A DNA stretch of 64,000 bases from Gammaproteobacteria bacterium (lineage in GTDB: Bacteria > Pseudomonadota > Gammaproteobacteria > Steroidobacterales > Foliamicaceae), in the NCBI GenBank assembly GCA_965200225.1, contig CBDATM010000001.1, positions 1,681,182-1,745,181 of the forward strand, in the 5' to 3' direction. The notes beneath the pieces are model-generated. The model was given only the letters and a program-made list of their open reading frames with translations. It was not told the DNA's origin and did not search any database. Positions 32,995-43,203 of the stretch are shown here, one piece after another. The stretch's first letter is position 1. Every line of letters starts with the position of its first letter. The position numbers were made by a program, and so were the translations under genes.

Positions 32995-35520
32995 ATGGCC
33001 CGGCCCGTTCCTGAAATCGTACCGGTAAAGCTCGAAGAAGAGATGCGCCGGTCCTATCTGGACTATGCGATGTCTGTCATCGTGGGGCGCGCCCTCCCCG
33101 ACGTTCGCGACGGCCTCAAACCCGTTCACCGGCGCATTCTCCACGCGATGCGGGAACTCGGGAACCTCCACGACCGCCCGTACAAGAAATCGGCCCGAAT
33201 TGTCGGCGACGTGATCGGCCGCTTCCACCCGCACGGTGACACGGCGGTGTACGACGCCATCGTTCGCATGGCGCAGGATTTTTCGCTTCGCTACCCGCTG
33301 GTGGACGGCCAGGGCAACTTCGGTTCCATGGACGGGGACTCGCCGGCCGCCATGCGCTACACCGAGATTCGCATGGCGCCCATCGCTGCCCTCATGCTCG
33401 CCGACATCGACCGCGAGACGGTGGATTTCGTCGACAACTACGACGGCGTGGAGCGCGAACCCACGGTATTGCCGGCCCGGCTTCCCAACCTGCTCGTTAA
33501 CGGCGCCTCGGGCATTGCCGTAGGCATGGCGACCAATATTCCGCCTCACAACCTGCGCGAAGTGATCGATGCGGCCCTGGCGCTCAGCCGTGACCCGGAG
33601 ATCAGCATCATGGAGTTGATGGAGATCCTTCCCGGGCCCGATTTTCCAACCGCCGCGCAGATCGTCGATGATGCCGGAGCCGCGTCCGCCTACGCGACCG
33701 GGCGCGGAACCATCCTGCTCCGGGCGCGGTCGGAAATCGAGGAGGGGCCGTCCCGAAGCGCGATTGTCTTTTCCGAGCTTCCCTACCGGGTCAACAAGGC
33801 GCGCTGCGTGGAGAAGATCGCGGAGTTGGCGCGCAAGAAGGTCATCGCCGGCATCCAGGAGGTGCGCGACGAATCGGACAAGGACGGACTTCGCGTGGTG
33901 GTGGATCTGCGGCGCGACGCCAGCCCTGAAATCGTGCTGAACAACCTGTATCGCCGCACGCCGCTGGAGTCCAGCTTCGGCATCAATATGGTGGCGCTGT
34001 GCGGCGGCCGTCCGCAGTTGCTCAACCTCAAGGAACTGCTCGGGTATTTCCTCGATCATCGCCGCGACGTGGTGACCCGCCGCAGCGTCCATGATCTGCG
34101 TCAGGCCAAGGCGCGCGCCCATGTTCTGGAGGGATTGACGGTAGCGCTGGCCAACATCGACGAAGTGGTGGCGCTGATCAGGGCCTCGAAGAACGCCCAG
34201 GAAGCGCGCGAGGCGCTGACCGGCAGGATATGGCACCCCGGCGCCGTCCGCGGGCTGCTGGAACGCACTCCCGGCGCGCCCACGGAGCTGCCGAACCTCG
34301 GCGAGCGGGGTTACCGGCTTTCGGATCGTCAGGCCCGGGCCATCCTGGCCTTGCGCCTGCAGCGGCTAACCGGGCTGGAGCAGAATGCCATTCTGGAGGA
34401 ATACGGCAATCTGCTTGCCAGAATGCAGCAACTGGCGGAAATTCTTCGCGATCCCGACCGGTTGCTGGAGGTGATACGCAGCGAACTGGCGGAATTGCGG
34501 GAGGAATTCGGAGACGCGCGCCGAACCGAGATCATTACCGATTACAGCCAGGTGGCCGACGAAGACCTCATCCCGCGCCGGGACCTGCTGGTTACCCTGT
34601 CCTGGCGCGGCTACGTCAAGACCCAGGAACTGGAGACCTTCCGGACCCAGGGACGCGGGGGCAGAGGCAAACGAGGCGCTTCGGTGGGCGAGGAGGACTT
34701 CATTGACCAGCTCCTGGTCACGAATTCTCATTCCACCTTGCTGTGTTTCACCGACCGGGCGCGGGTCTATCAGCTCCGGCCCTTCGAGATTCCCACGCAA
34801 AGCCGCGAAACCCGCGGTTTGCCGATCGCCAACCTGCTGCCCGGCCTGGAAGAAGGCGAGCGGGTCAATTCCGTGCTTCCGGTGGAATCTTTCGACGACG
34901 GCCGTTTCGTGTTCATGGCCACTAGCCGCGGACGGGTCAAGAAAACCCGCCTGGATGCCTTCGCCAGGATTCGCCGCACCGGAATCTACGCATTGAGCCT
35001 CAAGGGCGAGGATCGTCTCGTGGAGGCTGCGATAACCGATGGCCACAGCGACGTGATCCTGTTGGCGAGCAACGGGCGGGCGGCGCGATTCTCGGAAACT
35101 GCAGTGCGCCCCATGGGAAGGACGGCCGCCGGGGTGATCGGCCAGCGTCTGAAGAAGAAGCATGCGGTGGTGGCGGCGCTGATCGTGGACGCGGACGATG
35201 CCGTCAACGAGGATGTCTGGGTTCTTCAGGCAACCAACAAGGGCTTTGGCAAGCGGACGGCGGTATCGGAGTTTCCCCGCAAGGGCAGGGCGAGCCAGGG
35301 CGTCATTTCGATTCGCACGGAAGGGCGCAACGGCAAGTTGATCGGCGCCGCGCGCGTTCGTCCCGGCGACGAGGCGATGCTGATGACGGCTGGCGGCACG
35401 CTGCTTCGCACCGCTGTGGACGATGTATCCGCGCAGGGCCGCTATTCGCACGGCGTGCGCCTCATGCGTCCGGACAAGGGCGACCGGGTTGCGGTGTTCT
35501 GCACCCTCGCCGGCGACTAG
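32995..35520 (+). CDS. gyrA: DNA gyrase subunit A
   Basis: Starts [49 protein letters not shown]. The active-site region is [10 protein letters not shown]. Confidence 0.95.
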   Translation: MARPVPEIVPVKLEEEMRRSYLDYAMSVIVGRALPDVRDGLKPVHRRILHAMRELGNLHDRPYKKSARIVGDVIGRFHPHGDTAVYDAIVRMAQDFSLRYPLVDGQGNFGSMDGDSPAAMRYTEIRMAPIAALMLADIDRETVDFVDNYDGVEREPTVLPARLPNLLVNGASGIAVGMATNIPPHNLREVIDAALALSRDPEISIMELMEILPGPDFPTAAQIVDDAGAASAYATGRGTILLRARSEIEEGPSRSAIVFSELPYRVNKARCVEKIAELARKKVIAGIQEVRDESDKDGLRVVVDLRRDASPEIVLNNLYRRTPLESSFGINMVALCGGRPQLLNLKELLGYFLDHRRDVVTRRSVHDLRQAKARAHVLEGLTVALANIDEVVALIRASKNAQEAREALTGRIWHPGAVRGLLERTPGAPTELPNLGERGYRLSDRQARAILALRLQRLTGLEQNAILEEYGNLLARMQQLAEILRDPDRLLEVIRSELAELREEFGDARRTEIITDYSQVADEDLIPRRDLLVTLSWRGYVKTQELETFRTQGRGGRGKRGASVGEEDFIDQLLVTNSHSTLLCFTDRARVYQLRPFEIPTQSRETRGLPIANLLPGLEEGERVNSVLPVESFDDGRFVFMATSRGRVKKTRLDAFARIRRTGIYALSLKGEDRLVEAAITDGHSDVILLASNGRAARFSETAVRPMGRTAAGVIGQRLKKKHAVVAALIVDADDAVNEDVWVLQATNKGFGKRTAVSEFPRKGRASQGVISIRTEGRNGKLIGAARVRPGDEAMLMTAGGTLLRTAVDDVSAQGRYSHGVRLMRPDKGDRVAVFCTLAGD

Positions 35521-35585
35521 GACCCGGGGGAAGATAAAATTCATAATCGGGATTTGTCTTTTGATTTATGAAAGAGGTGCGGGTT

Positions 35586-36005
35586 ATGTCTCAGTTATAT
35601 GACAGTGATTTTTATTTATGGCCTGATAATCCTAGCGTAGATAGTTGGGTTCTTAATATTACGGCTTCACGCTACGAAATCGCTGATTTGCTTTCCGACA
35701 GCCCTAGCCTTAAGAGCCACTTTAAAGACCTTATGAAAAACTCGAAAAGAGGGTCGCTAGCGAGGTTGTCTCGCAAAAGCCTATCTTTTGAGAATAAAAG
35801 TATTTCTGAAGCGAGGGAAGAAGTTAGAAAATACACTCCAACCGCATGGTCAACAGAAGAGGCTCTTGGATTTAGTCTACGAGATATATGGTCAGGGGTT
35901 TCTCCGACGGTTGAAATAACGCTACCAGTCAAACTGCATAGGAAGGTCAGTAAGGTCAATCCAGAGGAAATAGAGAACTCTATACCTTATGTGTCTAAAA
36001 AGTAG
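35586..36005 (+). CDS. DUF29-like protein, apparently internally deleted (AT-rich insert)
   Basis: MSQLYDSDFYLW matches the DUF29 N-terminus. It then jumps to ...RYEIADLLSDSPSLKSHF, a DUF29 C-terminal-type motif. The RBS is AGAGGTG. The segment is far more AT-rich than its flanks. Confidence 0.5.
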   Translation: MSQLYDSDFYLWPDNPSVDSWVLNITASRYEIADLLSDSPSLKSHFKDLMKNSKRGSLARLSRKSLSFENKSISEAREEVRKYTPTAWSTEEALGFSLRDIWSGVSPTVEITLPVKLHRKVSKVNPEEIENSIPYVSKK

Positions 36006-36023
36006 AGGCGGAAGGCGAGAAGA

Positions 36024-37103
36024 ATGTCACGGGTGGTTAACTTCAGCGCCGGGCCGGCGGGTCTGCCGCTTCCCGTGCTGGAGCAGGCGCGCGACGAGTT
36101 GCTGAGCTGGCAGGGACGCGGGCTTTCGGTCATGGAGGACAGCCACCGGGGGCGTCCCTTCGTGGAACTGGCCGAGCGGTCCGAGCAGGACTTGCGAGCA
36201 CTGCTTTCGATTCCGGACGATTATTCCGTGCTGTTCATGCAGGGCGGCGCCACGCTGCAATTCGCCACCGTGCCGATGACGCTGGCCAGGGCGGGGCAGG
36301 GCGTTGATTATCTGATTACCGGGCACTGGGGCAAAAAGGCCGCCTCCGAAGCCGCCAAGCTGCGCCCCTTGCGCGTCATTGCCGATGGCGCGGCTCTCGG
36401 CTACCGATCGGTTCCCGCTCCGGAGGACTGGGACACGGGGGCGGATGCCGCCTTTCTGCACTACACCGCCAACGAGACTCTTCACGGGCTGGAAATCGAC
36501 CCGCCGCCAAGCGTGGACTACGCGCCGCTGGTGTGTGACATGTCATCCACGCTGCTTTCGCGGCCGGTCCCGGTGGAACGTTTCGGCCTGATCTACGCCT
36601 GCGCCCAGAAGAACATCGGCCCGGCCGGCGTAACCGTGGTGATCATCAGCCCGGAACTGCTCGACCGGATCCCGGAGGGCACGCCGCTGGCGCTGAATTA
36701 CCGCAAGATCGCGGCGGCGGGCTCCATGCTGAACACGCCCGCGACCTTTCCCTGGTATGTGGCGTCGCTGGTGTTCCGCTGGGTGGCCGGGCAGGGCGGC
36801 CTGGAAGGCCTTGCCGAACGCAACCGGCGCAAGGCCAAACTCCTGTATGACTACATCGATGGTTCGGATTTCTATGCCAACCGGGTCGACGCCCGCTGGC
36901 GCTCCTGGATGAACGTGCCGTTCACGCTGGCCGACTCCTCGCTGGACGGGCGGTTTCTGGAGGCGGCCGAACAGCAGGGGCTGTATGGACTTAAGGGCCA
37001 TCGCGCGGTAGGCGGGATGCGCGCGTCAATCTACAATGCGATGCCCGAAGAGGGCGTGCGGGCGCTGGTGAGCTTCATGCAGGAATTCGAGCGCAACGCC
37101 TGA
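36024..37103 (+). CDS. serC: Phosphoserine aminotransferase
   Basis: 359 aa. Starts MSRVVNFSAGPAGLPLPVLEQARDELLSWQGRGLSVME and contains YACAQKNIGPAGVTVVII (PLP-Lys context). Confidence 0.9.
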   Translation: MSRVVNFSAGPAGLPLPVLEQARDELLSWQGRGLSVMEDSHRGRPFVELAERSEQDLRALLSIPDDYSVLFMQGGATLQFATVPMTLARAGQGVDYLITGHWGKKAASEAAKLRPLRVIADGAALGYRSVPAPEDWDTGADAAFLHYTANETLHGLEIDPPPSVDYAPLVCDMSSTLLSRPVPVERFGLIYACAQKNIGPAGVTVVIISPELLDRIPEGTPLALNYRKIAAAGSMLNTPATFPWYVASLVFRWVAGQGGLEGLAERNRRKAKLLYDYIDGSDFYANRVDARWRSWMNVPFTLADSSLDGRFLEAAEQQGLYGLKGHRAVGGMRASIYNAMPEEGVRALVSFMQEFERNA

Positions 37104-37138
37104 AGCCCGCAGCGTTTCGCATCGGCACGGTACCACTC

Positions 37139-38314
37139 ATGTTCAACATCCGGATCTATAACAACATCGCCAGCGAGGGTCTTGCGCGCCTGCCGTCCGA
37201 GCGCTACGCGGCGCCGTCCGGCCATGAGGCGCCGGACGGCATACTGCTGCGCTCCCAGGACCTGCATTCCATTGAGATTCCGCAAAGCGTGCAGGTGGTG
37301 GCGCGGGCGGGGGCCGGCGTCAACAACATTCCGGTGGATACCCTCGCCGGGCGTGGCGTCCCGGTGCTCAATGCGCCCGGGGCCAACGCCAATGCCGTCA
37401 AGGAGGTGGTGATGGCCGGCATGCTGCTGGCGGCGCGCAACATTCTTCCGGCATGGGACCATCTGCGCGTCCTGGACCTTCCGGCCGAGCAACTTCACAA
37501 GGCCGTTGAGTCTCAGAAGAAGCAGTTCGCCGGCCGGGAACTGTCGGGGCGGATCATGGGCGTGGTCGGGCTGGGTGCGGTAGGCGTGAAGGTGGCCAAC
37601 GCAATGGTCGGGCTGGGAATGAAGGTGTCCGGCTACGATCCCGCGCTGGCGCTGGACCGGGCCTGGGAATTGTCGGCGCGGGTCGGCAAGGGGCGCAGCC
37701 TCGAGCACGTGTTCGCCGGCGCCGACTTTGTGAGCGTCCATGTGCCGCTGATGGACTCCACCCGCGGCCTGGTGTCCGGCGACTTGATCCGCAGCATGCG
37801 CAAGGGCGGCGTGCTGCTGAATTTCGCCCGCGGCGGCATCGTGAATTTGGAGGCGGTGATCGAAGCGCTGGATTCGGACTGGCTTTCCGCCTATGTTTGC
37901 GATTTCCCCGAACCTGAGCTGCTGCGTCATCCCAGGGCGATCCTGCTGCCGCATCTGGGGGCGTCCACTTCCGAGGCCGAAGTCAATTGCGCGGTGACGG
38001 CCGCTGAGAACTTGCGGGCCTACCTGGAGGACGGCAACGTGCGAGGCTCGGTCAACTTTCCGGTGATCGACCTTCCCCGGCGGGACGGTTATCGGCTCAC
38101 GATCGCCAATGCCAACGTTCCCTGGATCGTGGCCAAGGTATCCGCCTTGCTTGCGGAAGAGAACCTCAATATCGAGTACATGATGAACATGTCGCGCGGC
38201 CGGCTGGCCTACACCATGCTGGACCTCAACGTTCAGGCTCCCGACAGGGTCATCCGGCGGCTGGGCGAGATGGATGGCATTCTTCGAGTGAGGGATCTCG
38301 GGCGGGCGGCCTAG
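37139..38314 (+). CDS. serA: D-3-phosphoglycerate dehydrogenase-like 2-hydroxyacid dehydrogenase with C-terminal ACT domain
   Basis: 391 aa. NAD-binding motif GVVGLGAVGVKVA. Catalytic region LLNFARGGIV...PHLGASTSEAE. The ACT-like tail is YRLTIANANVPWIVAKVSALLAEENLNIEYM. Confidence 0.75.
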   Translation: MFNIRIYNNIASEGLARLPSERYAAPSGHEAPDGILLRSQDLHSIEIPQSVQVVARAGAGVNNIPVDTLAGRGVPVLNAPGANANAVKEVVMAGMLLAARNILPAWDHLRVLDLPAEQLHKAVESQKKQFAGRELSGRIMGVVGLGAVGVKVANAMVGLGMKVSGYDPALALDRAWELSARVGKGRSLEHVFAGADFVSVHVPLMDSTRGLVSGDLIRSMRKGGVLLNFARGGIVNLEAVIEALDSDWLSAYVCDFPEPELLRHPRAILLPHLGASTSEAEVNCAVTAAENLRAYLEDGNVRGSVNFPVIDLPRRDGYRLTIANANVPWIVAKVSALLAEENLNIEYMMNMSRGRLAYTMLDLNVQAPDRVIRRLGEMDGILRVRDLGRAA

Positions 38315-38474
38315 CGCCGCGGCCGTCTGCACCCGCGCTGATGCGACTGCATGAGCCGGTTACGGCATCAGGGGGCTGTCCCGCAAGGGCAATCTCAAGG
38401 GTAATCTTCTGAATTCCTGGCGCGTAAGCCGCACCGGCGCTTCTTCAGCTCATTCAGCTTCTTCAGCGCCACCA

Positions 38475-39752
38475 GTGCCGCGGACCTTGCTTGTGCCGGG
38501 CGACAAGTCGATCTCGCATCGCGCGGTCATGCTCGCCGCGCTGGCCGAGGGGGAAAGCGAAATCGTCAACTTCCTTCCGGGAAGCGACTGTATGGCGACC
38601 GTGGCGGCCCTTGAGAAGCTCGGAGTCGGCGTTGCGTGGCAGGCCCGCGATCATCTTCTGGTTCGAGGCGCGCCGCGGCTGCGCTCGCCCGCCGAGCCGC
38701 TCGACTGCGGTAATTCCGGCACCGCGATGCGCCTTCTGGCGGGTCTTGTTGCGGGCCGGAACATTTCGGCGCAATTGCGGGGCGATGACTCGCTGAGTAG
38801 CCGGCCGATGCGCCGGGTGGTGGAGCCCCTGCGCCGCATGGGCGCCCGTATCGAAGCACTGGGGCGGGACGGCCGTCCTCCCTTGCGGATCGATGCAGGA
38901 GAAGGGTTGCATGGCATCTCCTTTGCGCCGTCCGTACCCAGCGCGCAGGTGAAATCGGCCGTGCTGCTGGCTGGTCTGGGCGCGCAGGGAGACACCTGTG
39001 TGAGTGAATCCACTCCTACCCGGGATCACACGGAGCGAATGCTGCCCAGCTTCGGGGTCTCGTTGCAGCGCGGCAAGGGATTGGTCTGCCTGACCGGCGG
39101 CCAGCCGCTGCGCGCGTCGAGAATCCAGGTGCCTGGAGATTTTTCCTCGGCGGCGTTTCTCCTTCTTGCGGGCGTGATCGGGCGGATTGAAGTTCGCGTC
39201 GATTCCGTGGGGGTGAATCCGGGGCGCACCGGATTTTTGCGAATTCTGGAGCGGATGGGTGCCCGGTTTCGGATCCTGGCGGACCGCGAGGCGGGCGCCA
39301 AAACGGATGGCGAGCCTGTGGCGGATCTGGTGGCGGTCCCCGCGCCCCTGCAAGGCGCCCGGCTACCTGCTTCGCTGGTTCCGTCGGCGATTGACGAGAT
39401 GCCGGCAATCTTTGCGGCGGCGGCCTGCGCCCGGGGCCGGACCGTGATCGAGGGCGCTGCGGAACTGCGGGTTAAGGAGAGCGACCGTATCGCCGTGATG
39501 GTGGCCGGTCTCAGAGCGCTGGGCGTGGCCTGCGAAGAGAGCGTCGATGGAGCCAGCATACGCGGAGGGCCGGTGCGCGGCGGCGAGGTGGACGCGCAAG
39601 GCGACCACCGTGTGGCCATGGCCTTCTCGATCCTCGCTCTCGCCGCCACGGCCCCCATCATCGTGCACGGCGTGGAGTTGGTGGATTCGTCGTTTCCGGG
39701 GTTCGCGGAGGCCGCGCGGCAAGTGGGGCTGACCATTGAACCGATCGACTGA
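38475..39752 (+). CDS. aroA: 3-phosphoshikimate 1-carboxyvinyltransferase (EPSP synthase, class II-like)
   Basis: VPGDKSISHRAVMLAALAEGESEIVNFLPGSDC... The annotated GTG start leaves only 6 residues before PGDKS. No canonical in-frame start lies upstream (only a CTG at 38409), so the start is uncertain. Confidence 0.85.
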   Translation: MPRTLLVPGDKSISHRAVMLAALAEGESEIVNFLPGSDCMATVAALEKLGVGVAWQARDHLLVRGAPRLRSPAEPLDCGNSGTAMRLLAGLVAGRNISAQLRGDDSLSSRPMRRVVEPLRRMGARIEALGRDGRPPLRIDAGEGLHGISFAPSVPSAQVKSAVLLAGLGAQGDTCVSESTPTRDHTERMLPSFGVSLQRGKGLVCLTGGQPLRASRIQVPGDFSSAAFLLLAGVIGRIEVRVDSVGVNPGRTGFLRILERMGARFRILADREAGAKTDGEPVADLVAVPAPLQGARLPASLVPSAIDEMPAIFAAAACARGRTVIEGAAELRVKESDRIAVMVAGLRALGVACEESVDGASIRGGPVRGGEVDAQGDHRVAMAFSILALAATAPIIVHGVELVDSSFPGFAEAARQVGLTIEPID

Positions 39753-39778
39753 ACGTCCGTTGACTGAACATCCGTCGC

Positions 39779-40507
39779 GTGAGCTCCCGTCAACTGAACG
39801 TCCAGCGGCCTTGGCCCGTGTCTGAAGCGCCCGTAATCGCGATTGACGGGCCGGCCGGCGCCGGCAAGGGTGTGGTGGCGCGCTATCTCGCCAGGCGGCT
39901 GGGTTGGCGCCGGCTCGACAGCGGGGCCTTGTACCGGGCGGTGGCGCTTGCCCTGCTGCGGGAGGGGCTGGCGGACGCGGATGAAACGCGAATCGCCGCG
40001 TATCTGAATGCTTGCCGCTTTGCATTCGAAGCGGCCCCGGATGGCGAGCGCGTGCTCCTGAATGACGAAGACGTAAGCGCGGAAATCCGCAGCGAGAAGG
40101 TGGGCGTGGCGGCTTCTCGCGTAGCCCCTCTTGCCGTAGTGCGCCGGTTTCTGCTTTCCCGGCAACGCCGTTTTCGCCAGGCGCCGGGCCTGGTGGCGGA
40201 GGGGCGCGACATGGCGTCGGTGGTGTTTCCGGATGCGCTACTCAGCATCTATCTTCAAGCGAGTCCCCAAAAGCGCGCCGAACGCCGTCATAAGCAATTG
40301 AAGAAAAAGGGAATCAATGCTAATATGGCGGATCTGATTCGTGATCTGGCGGAACGTGACCGTCGGGACTCGGACCGGCCGCTGGCGCCGCTGAAGCAGG
40401 TGCGTCAGGCCGAGGTGCTGGACACCACCGCGCTGAATGTTCAGGAAACAAAAAATGCGGCGTGGCGCCTGGTAACGCAGAGCTTGCCGGAGGCAGCCGC
40501 CGGATAA
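39779..40507 (+). CDS. cmk: Cytidylate kinase
   Basis: VIAIDGPAGAGKGVVARYLARRLGWRRLDSGALYR. The true start may lie slightly downstream of 39779. Confidence 0.9.
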   Translation: MSSRQLNVQRPWPVSEAPVIAIDGPAGAGKGVVARYLARRLGWRRLDSGALYRAVALALLREGLADADETRIAAYLNACRFAFEAAPDGERVLLNDEDVSAEIRSEKVGVAASRVAPLAVVRRFLLSRQRRFRQAPGLVAEGRDMASVVFPDALLSIYLQASPQKRAERRHKQLKKKGINANMADLIRDLAERDRRDSDRPLAPLKQVRQAEVLDTTALNVQETKNAAWRLVTQSLPEAAAG

Positions 40508-40612
40508 CGGATCAGTATTGACATGGGCGTCCACCGGGAAGGCGGGCGCGTTGCAAGGCAACCGCGAGCGCAACGGGAAAGGGCGCACGCGATTCTCCGA
40601 GGCCCTTAATTA

Positions 40613-42307
40613 ATGGCAGAAAGTTTCGCAGAGTTGGTTGAGGCCAATCTCGCCACCAAGAATTTCCGTCCGGGAGAGATACTCTCGGCTCAGGTAATCG
40701 ATATCAGTCCTGAAATCGTTACGGTCAGCGCCGGGCTGAAGTCCGAGGCGCTGATCCCCGCCAGCCAGTTCCTGGACGAGACTGGCGAACTGGAAGTGGA
40801 TATCGGCGACGAAGTGGAAGTGGTCCTGGACTGGATGGAGGACGGGTTCGGCGAAACCCGCCTGTCGAGGGAGCGGGCCAAGCGAACGCGCGTCTGGGAG
40901 AGCCTGGAAACCGCGTTCGAGCAGCAGGAGATCGTGCATGGCGCCATCAGCGGGCGTGTCAAGGGCGGCTTCACCGTGGACGTTTCCAGCGTGCGCGCGT
41001 TTCTGCCGGGTTCGCTGGTGGACATGCATCCGATCCGCGACACCACCCACCTCGAGGGACGCAAGCTCGATTTCAAGGTCATCAAACTCGACCGCAGGCG
41101 CAACAACGTGGTGGTGTCGCGGCGGGCCGTGATTGAAGAGTTGCACAGCGCCGAGCGCGCTGCCCTGCTGGCCAGCCTGGAAGAAGGACAGGTGGTCAAT
41201 GGGACCGTCAAGAACCTCACCGATTACGGCGCGTTCGTGGGTCTGGGCGGCATCGACGGCCTGCTGCACGTGACCGACATGGCCTGGAGGCGCGTCAAGC
41301 ACCCGTCCGAAGTGGTCCAGGTGGGACAGGAGCTTCAAGTGAAGATTCTCCGCTTCGACAGCGAGCGCAATCGTGTTTCGCTGGGGCTGAAGCAGTTGGG
41401 CGAGGATCCCTGGGTGGACATCGGCCGGCGCTATCCGCGCCACACGCGGCTGTTCGGGACCGTTACCAACGTGGCCGATTACGGCTGCTTCGTGCAGATC
41501 GAGGAAGGCGTGGAAGGGCTGGTGCACGTATCGGAGATGGATTGGACCAGCAAGAACGTCAACCCGGGCAAGATCGTGCACGTCGGCCAGGAAGTCGAGG
41601 TCATGGTGCTGGACATCAGCGAAGAGCGGCGCCGCGTTTCCCTGGGCCTCAAGCAGTGCATGGAGAACCCATGGCAGGACTTCGCCAACAACTACAAGCG
41701 GGACGACCGCGTTACCGGCAAGGTCCGCTCCATGACCGATTTCGGCATATTCATCGGGCTTGAGGGCAATATCGACGGCCTGGTTCACCTTTCCGATTTG
41801 TCCTGGGACGTTCCTGGCGAGGAGGCGGTGCGCAACTATCGCAAGGGCCAGGAAGTGGAAGCCGTGGTGCTTTCGGTCGATCCGGACCGGGAGCGCATCT
41901 CGTTGGGCATCCGGCAGTTGCAGGGCGACCCGCTGGCCACTTTCCTCCGCAAGCATCCCAAGGGCAGCATTGTGACCGCCGTTGTGCAGAATGTGGAGCA
42001 ACGCCGGCTGGAGTTGGAGTTGGAGGAAGGCGTGACGGGCAGAATGCGGGCCGCGGAGTTGTCGCGCGAGCATGTGGACGATGCGCGGCTGCGGGTCAAG
42101 CAGGGCCAGTCCATCCAGGCCCGGATTGTTGGCGTGGACCGCAAGGCCAGAGTGGTTTCACTTTCGGTGCGCGCCATGGAAGAGCAGGCCGAAGCCGAGG
42201 CTTTGCGCGACTACGAGGCGGAAGTCGGCGACCGGATCAAGGGCGCCACTCTCGGTGAATTGTTGCGAAGCCAGCAGGAGCGGGACGCCAGGGAGGCGGA
42301 GGAATGA
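40613..42307 (+). CDS. rpsA: 30S ribosomal protein S1
   Basis: 564 aa. Starts [13 protein letters not shown] and has six S1 repeats (for example [27 protein letters not shown]). Confidence 0.95.
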   Translation: MAESFAELVEANLATKNFRPGEILSAQVIDISPEIVTVSAGLKSEALIPASQFLDETGELEVDIGDEVEVVLDWMEDGFGETRLSRERAKRTRVWESLETAFEQQEIVHGAISGRVKGGFTVDVSSVRAFLPGSLVDMHPIRDTTHLEGRKLDFKVIKLDRRRNNVVVSRRAVIEELHSAERAALLASLEEGQVVNGTVKNLTDYGAFVGLGGIDGLLHVTDMAWRRVKHPSEVVQVGQELQVKILRFDSERNRVSLGLKQLGEDPWVDIGRRYPRHTRLFGTVTNVADYGCFVQIEEGVEGLVHVSEMDWTSKNVNPGKIVHVGQEVEVMVLDISEERRRVSLGLKQCMENPWQDFANNYKRDDRVTGKVRSMTDFGIFIGLEGNIDGLVHLSDLSWDVPGEEAVRNYRKGQEVEAVVLSVDPDRERISLGIRQLQGDPLATFLRKHPKGSIVTAVVQNVEQRRLELELEEGVTGRMRAAELSREHVDDARLRVKQGQSIQARIVGVDRKARVVSLSVRAMEEQAEAEALRDYEAEVGDRIKGATLGELLRSQQERDAREAEE

Positions 42308-42368
42308 GTTCGGCGAAGAGCAGCCGAGTCCACTCCATTGACTGAAATTCCAGGGGGTAGAAGGCATC

Positions 42369-42740
42369 ATGAGTTCATCCTTGCCAGCGGCATCCCGTGA
42401 TGCCATTACCCGGTCCGAGTTGATTCGGATCGTCATACGCAGGCTGCTCAAGGACGAGCGGTTCAGCTATTTTTCCGCCGCCGACCTCGAAGCCTCGGTC
42501 AAACACGTCGTCGAGCTGATGGCGCAGACGCTGGCCTCCGGCGGCGGCATCGAGATCCGCGGGTTCGGCAGTTTCAAACTGAGCTACCGGCGGGCGCGCA
42601 TCGGACGCAATCCGCGAACCGGCGAGGCCGTGGCCATTGCCAGCAAGTACGTGCCCAAGTTCCGGCCGGGCAAGCGGTTGCGCGAGCGCGTGAACACTTC
42701 GGCCAAGCATTTGGCCGACGGCTCCACGGCGCGGCGTTAG
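42369..42740 (+). CDS. ihfB: Integration host factor subunit beta
   Basis: ITRSELIRIV...IEIRGFGSFKLSYRRARIGRNPRTGEAVAIASKYVPKFRPGKRLRERVN. Confidence 0.9.
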   Translation: MSSSLPAASRDAITRSELIRIVIRRLLKDERFSYFSAADLEASVKHVVELMAQTLASGGGIEIRGFGSFKLSYRRARIGRNPRTGEAVAIASKYVPKFRPGKRLRERVNTSAKHLADGSTARR

Positions 42741-42782
42741 GCGGCGTCAGGTGGCGCTTGGCGGCTGCGGACAGTTGTCAGT

Positions 42783-43064
42783 ATGGCGACGACCGCGATA
42801 GCACGCTGGGCAAAGCGCATCGCTTACACGCTGTTGCTGCTCCTCATCGTTGCGCCGGCCGCGGTCCTGGCGCTTCTGAACCCCGGGCTGATCGTCGTGG
42901 ACCTGGCGTTCGCGGAATTCGCGCTTTCCAGGCCCCTCGCGTTCACCGTCGTTTTCGGCCTCGGCTGGCTGTTCGGCCTGCTATGCGCCACCGGGGCGCG
43001 GCTCAGGCGGCGCGCCCGGAGCGGCAGCGTGGCGGAAAGCGCGGAAAACCGCAAGAACGACTAG
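42783..43064 (+). CDS. lapA: Lipopolysaccharide assembly protein A (DUF1049, YciS-like)
   Basis: 93 aa with two TM segments. It sits immediately upstream of lapB, as in other proteobacteria. Confidence 0.7.
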   Translation: MATTAIARWAKRIAYTLLLLLIVAPAAVLALLNPGLIVVDLAFAEFALSRPLAFTVVFGLGWLFGLLCATGARLRRRARSGSVAESAENRKND

Positions 43065-43203
43065 AAGAACGGCGAGAACAACGGCTGTAAGATCGGCGAG
43101 AACAACGGCGGGAAGAACGACTGGTAAGCGGTGAGCAGAGCGACGGAAGAATGACCGGAGCGCCGCCGCGCCCGATTGGCTGAATCCAGGGCCTGTTAGC
43201 ACT

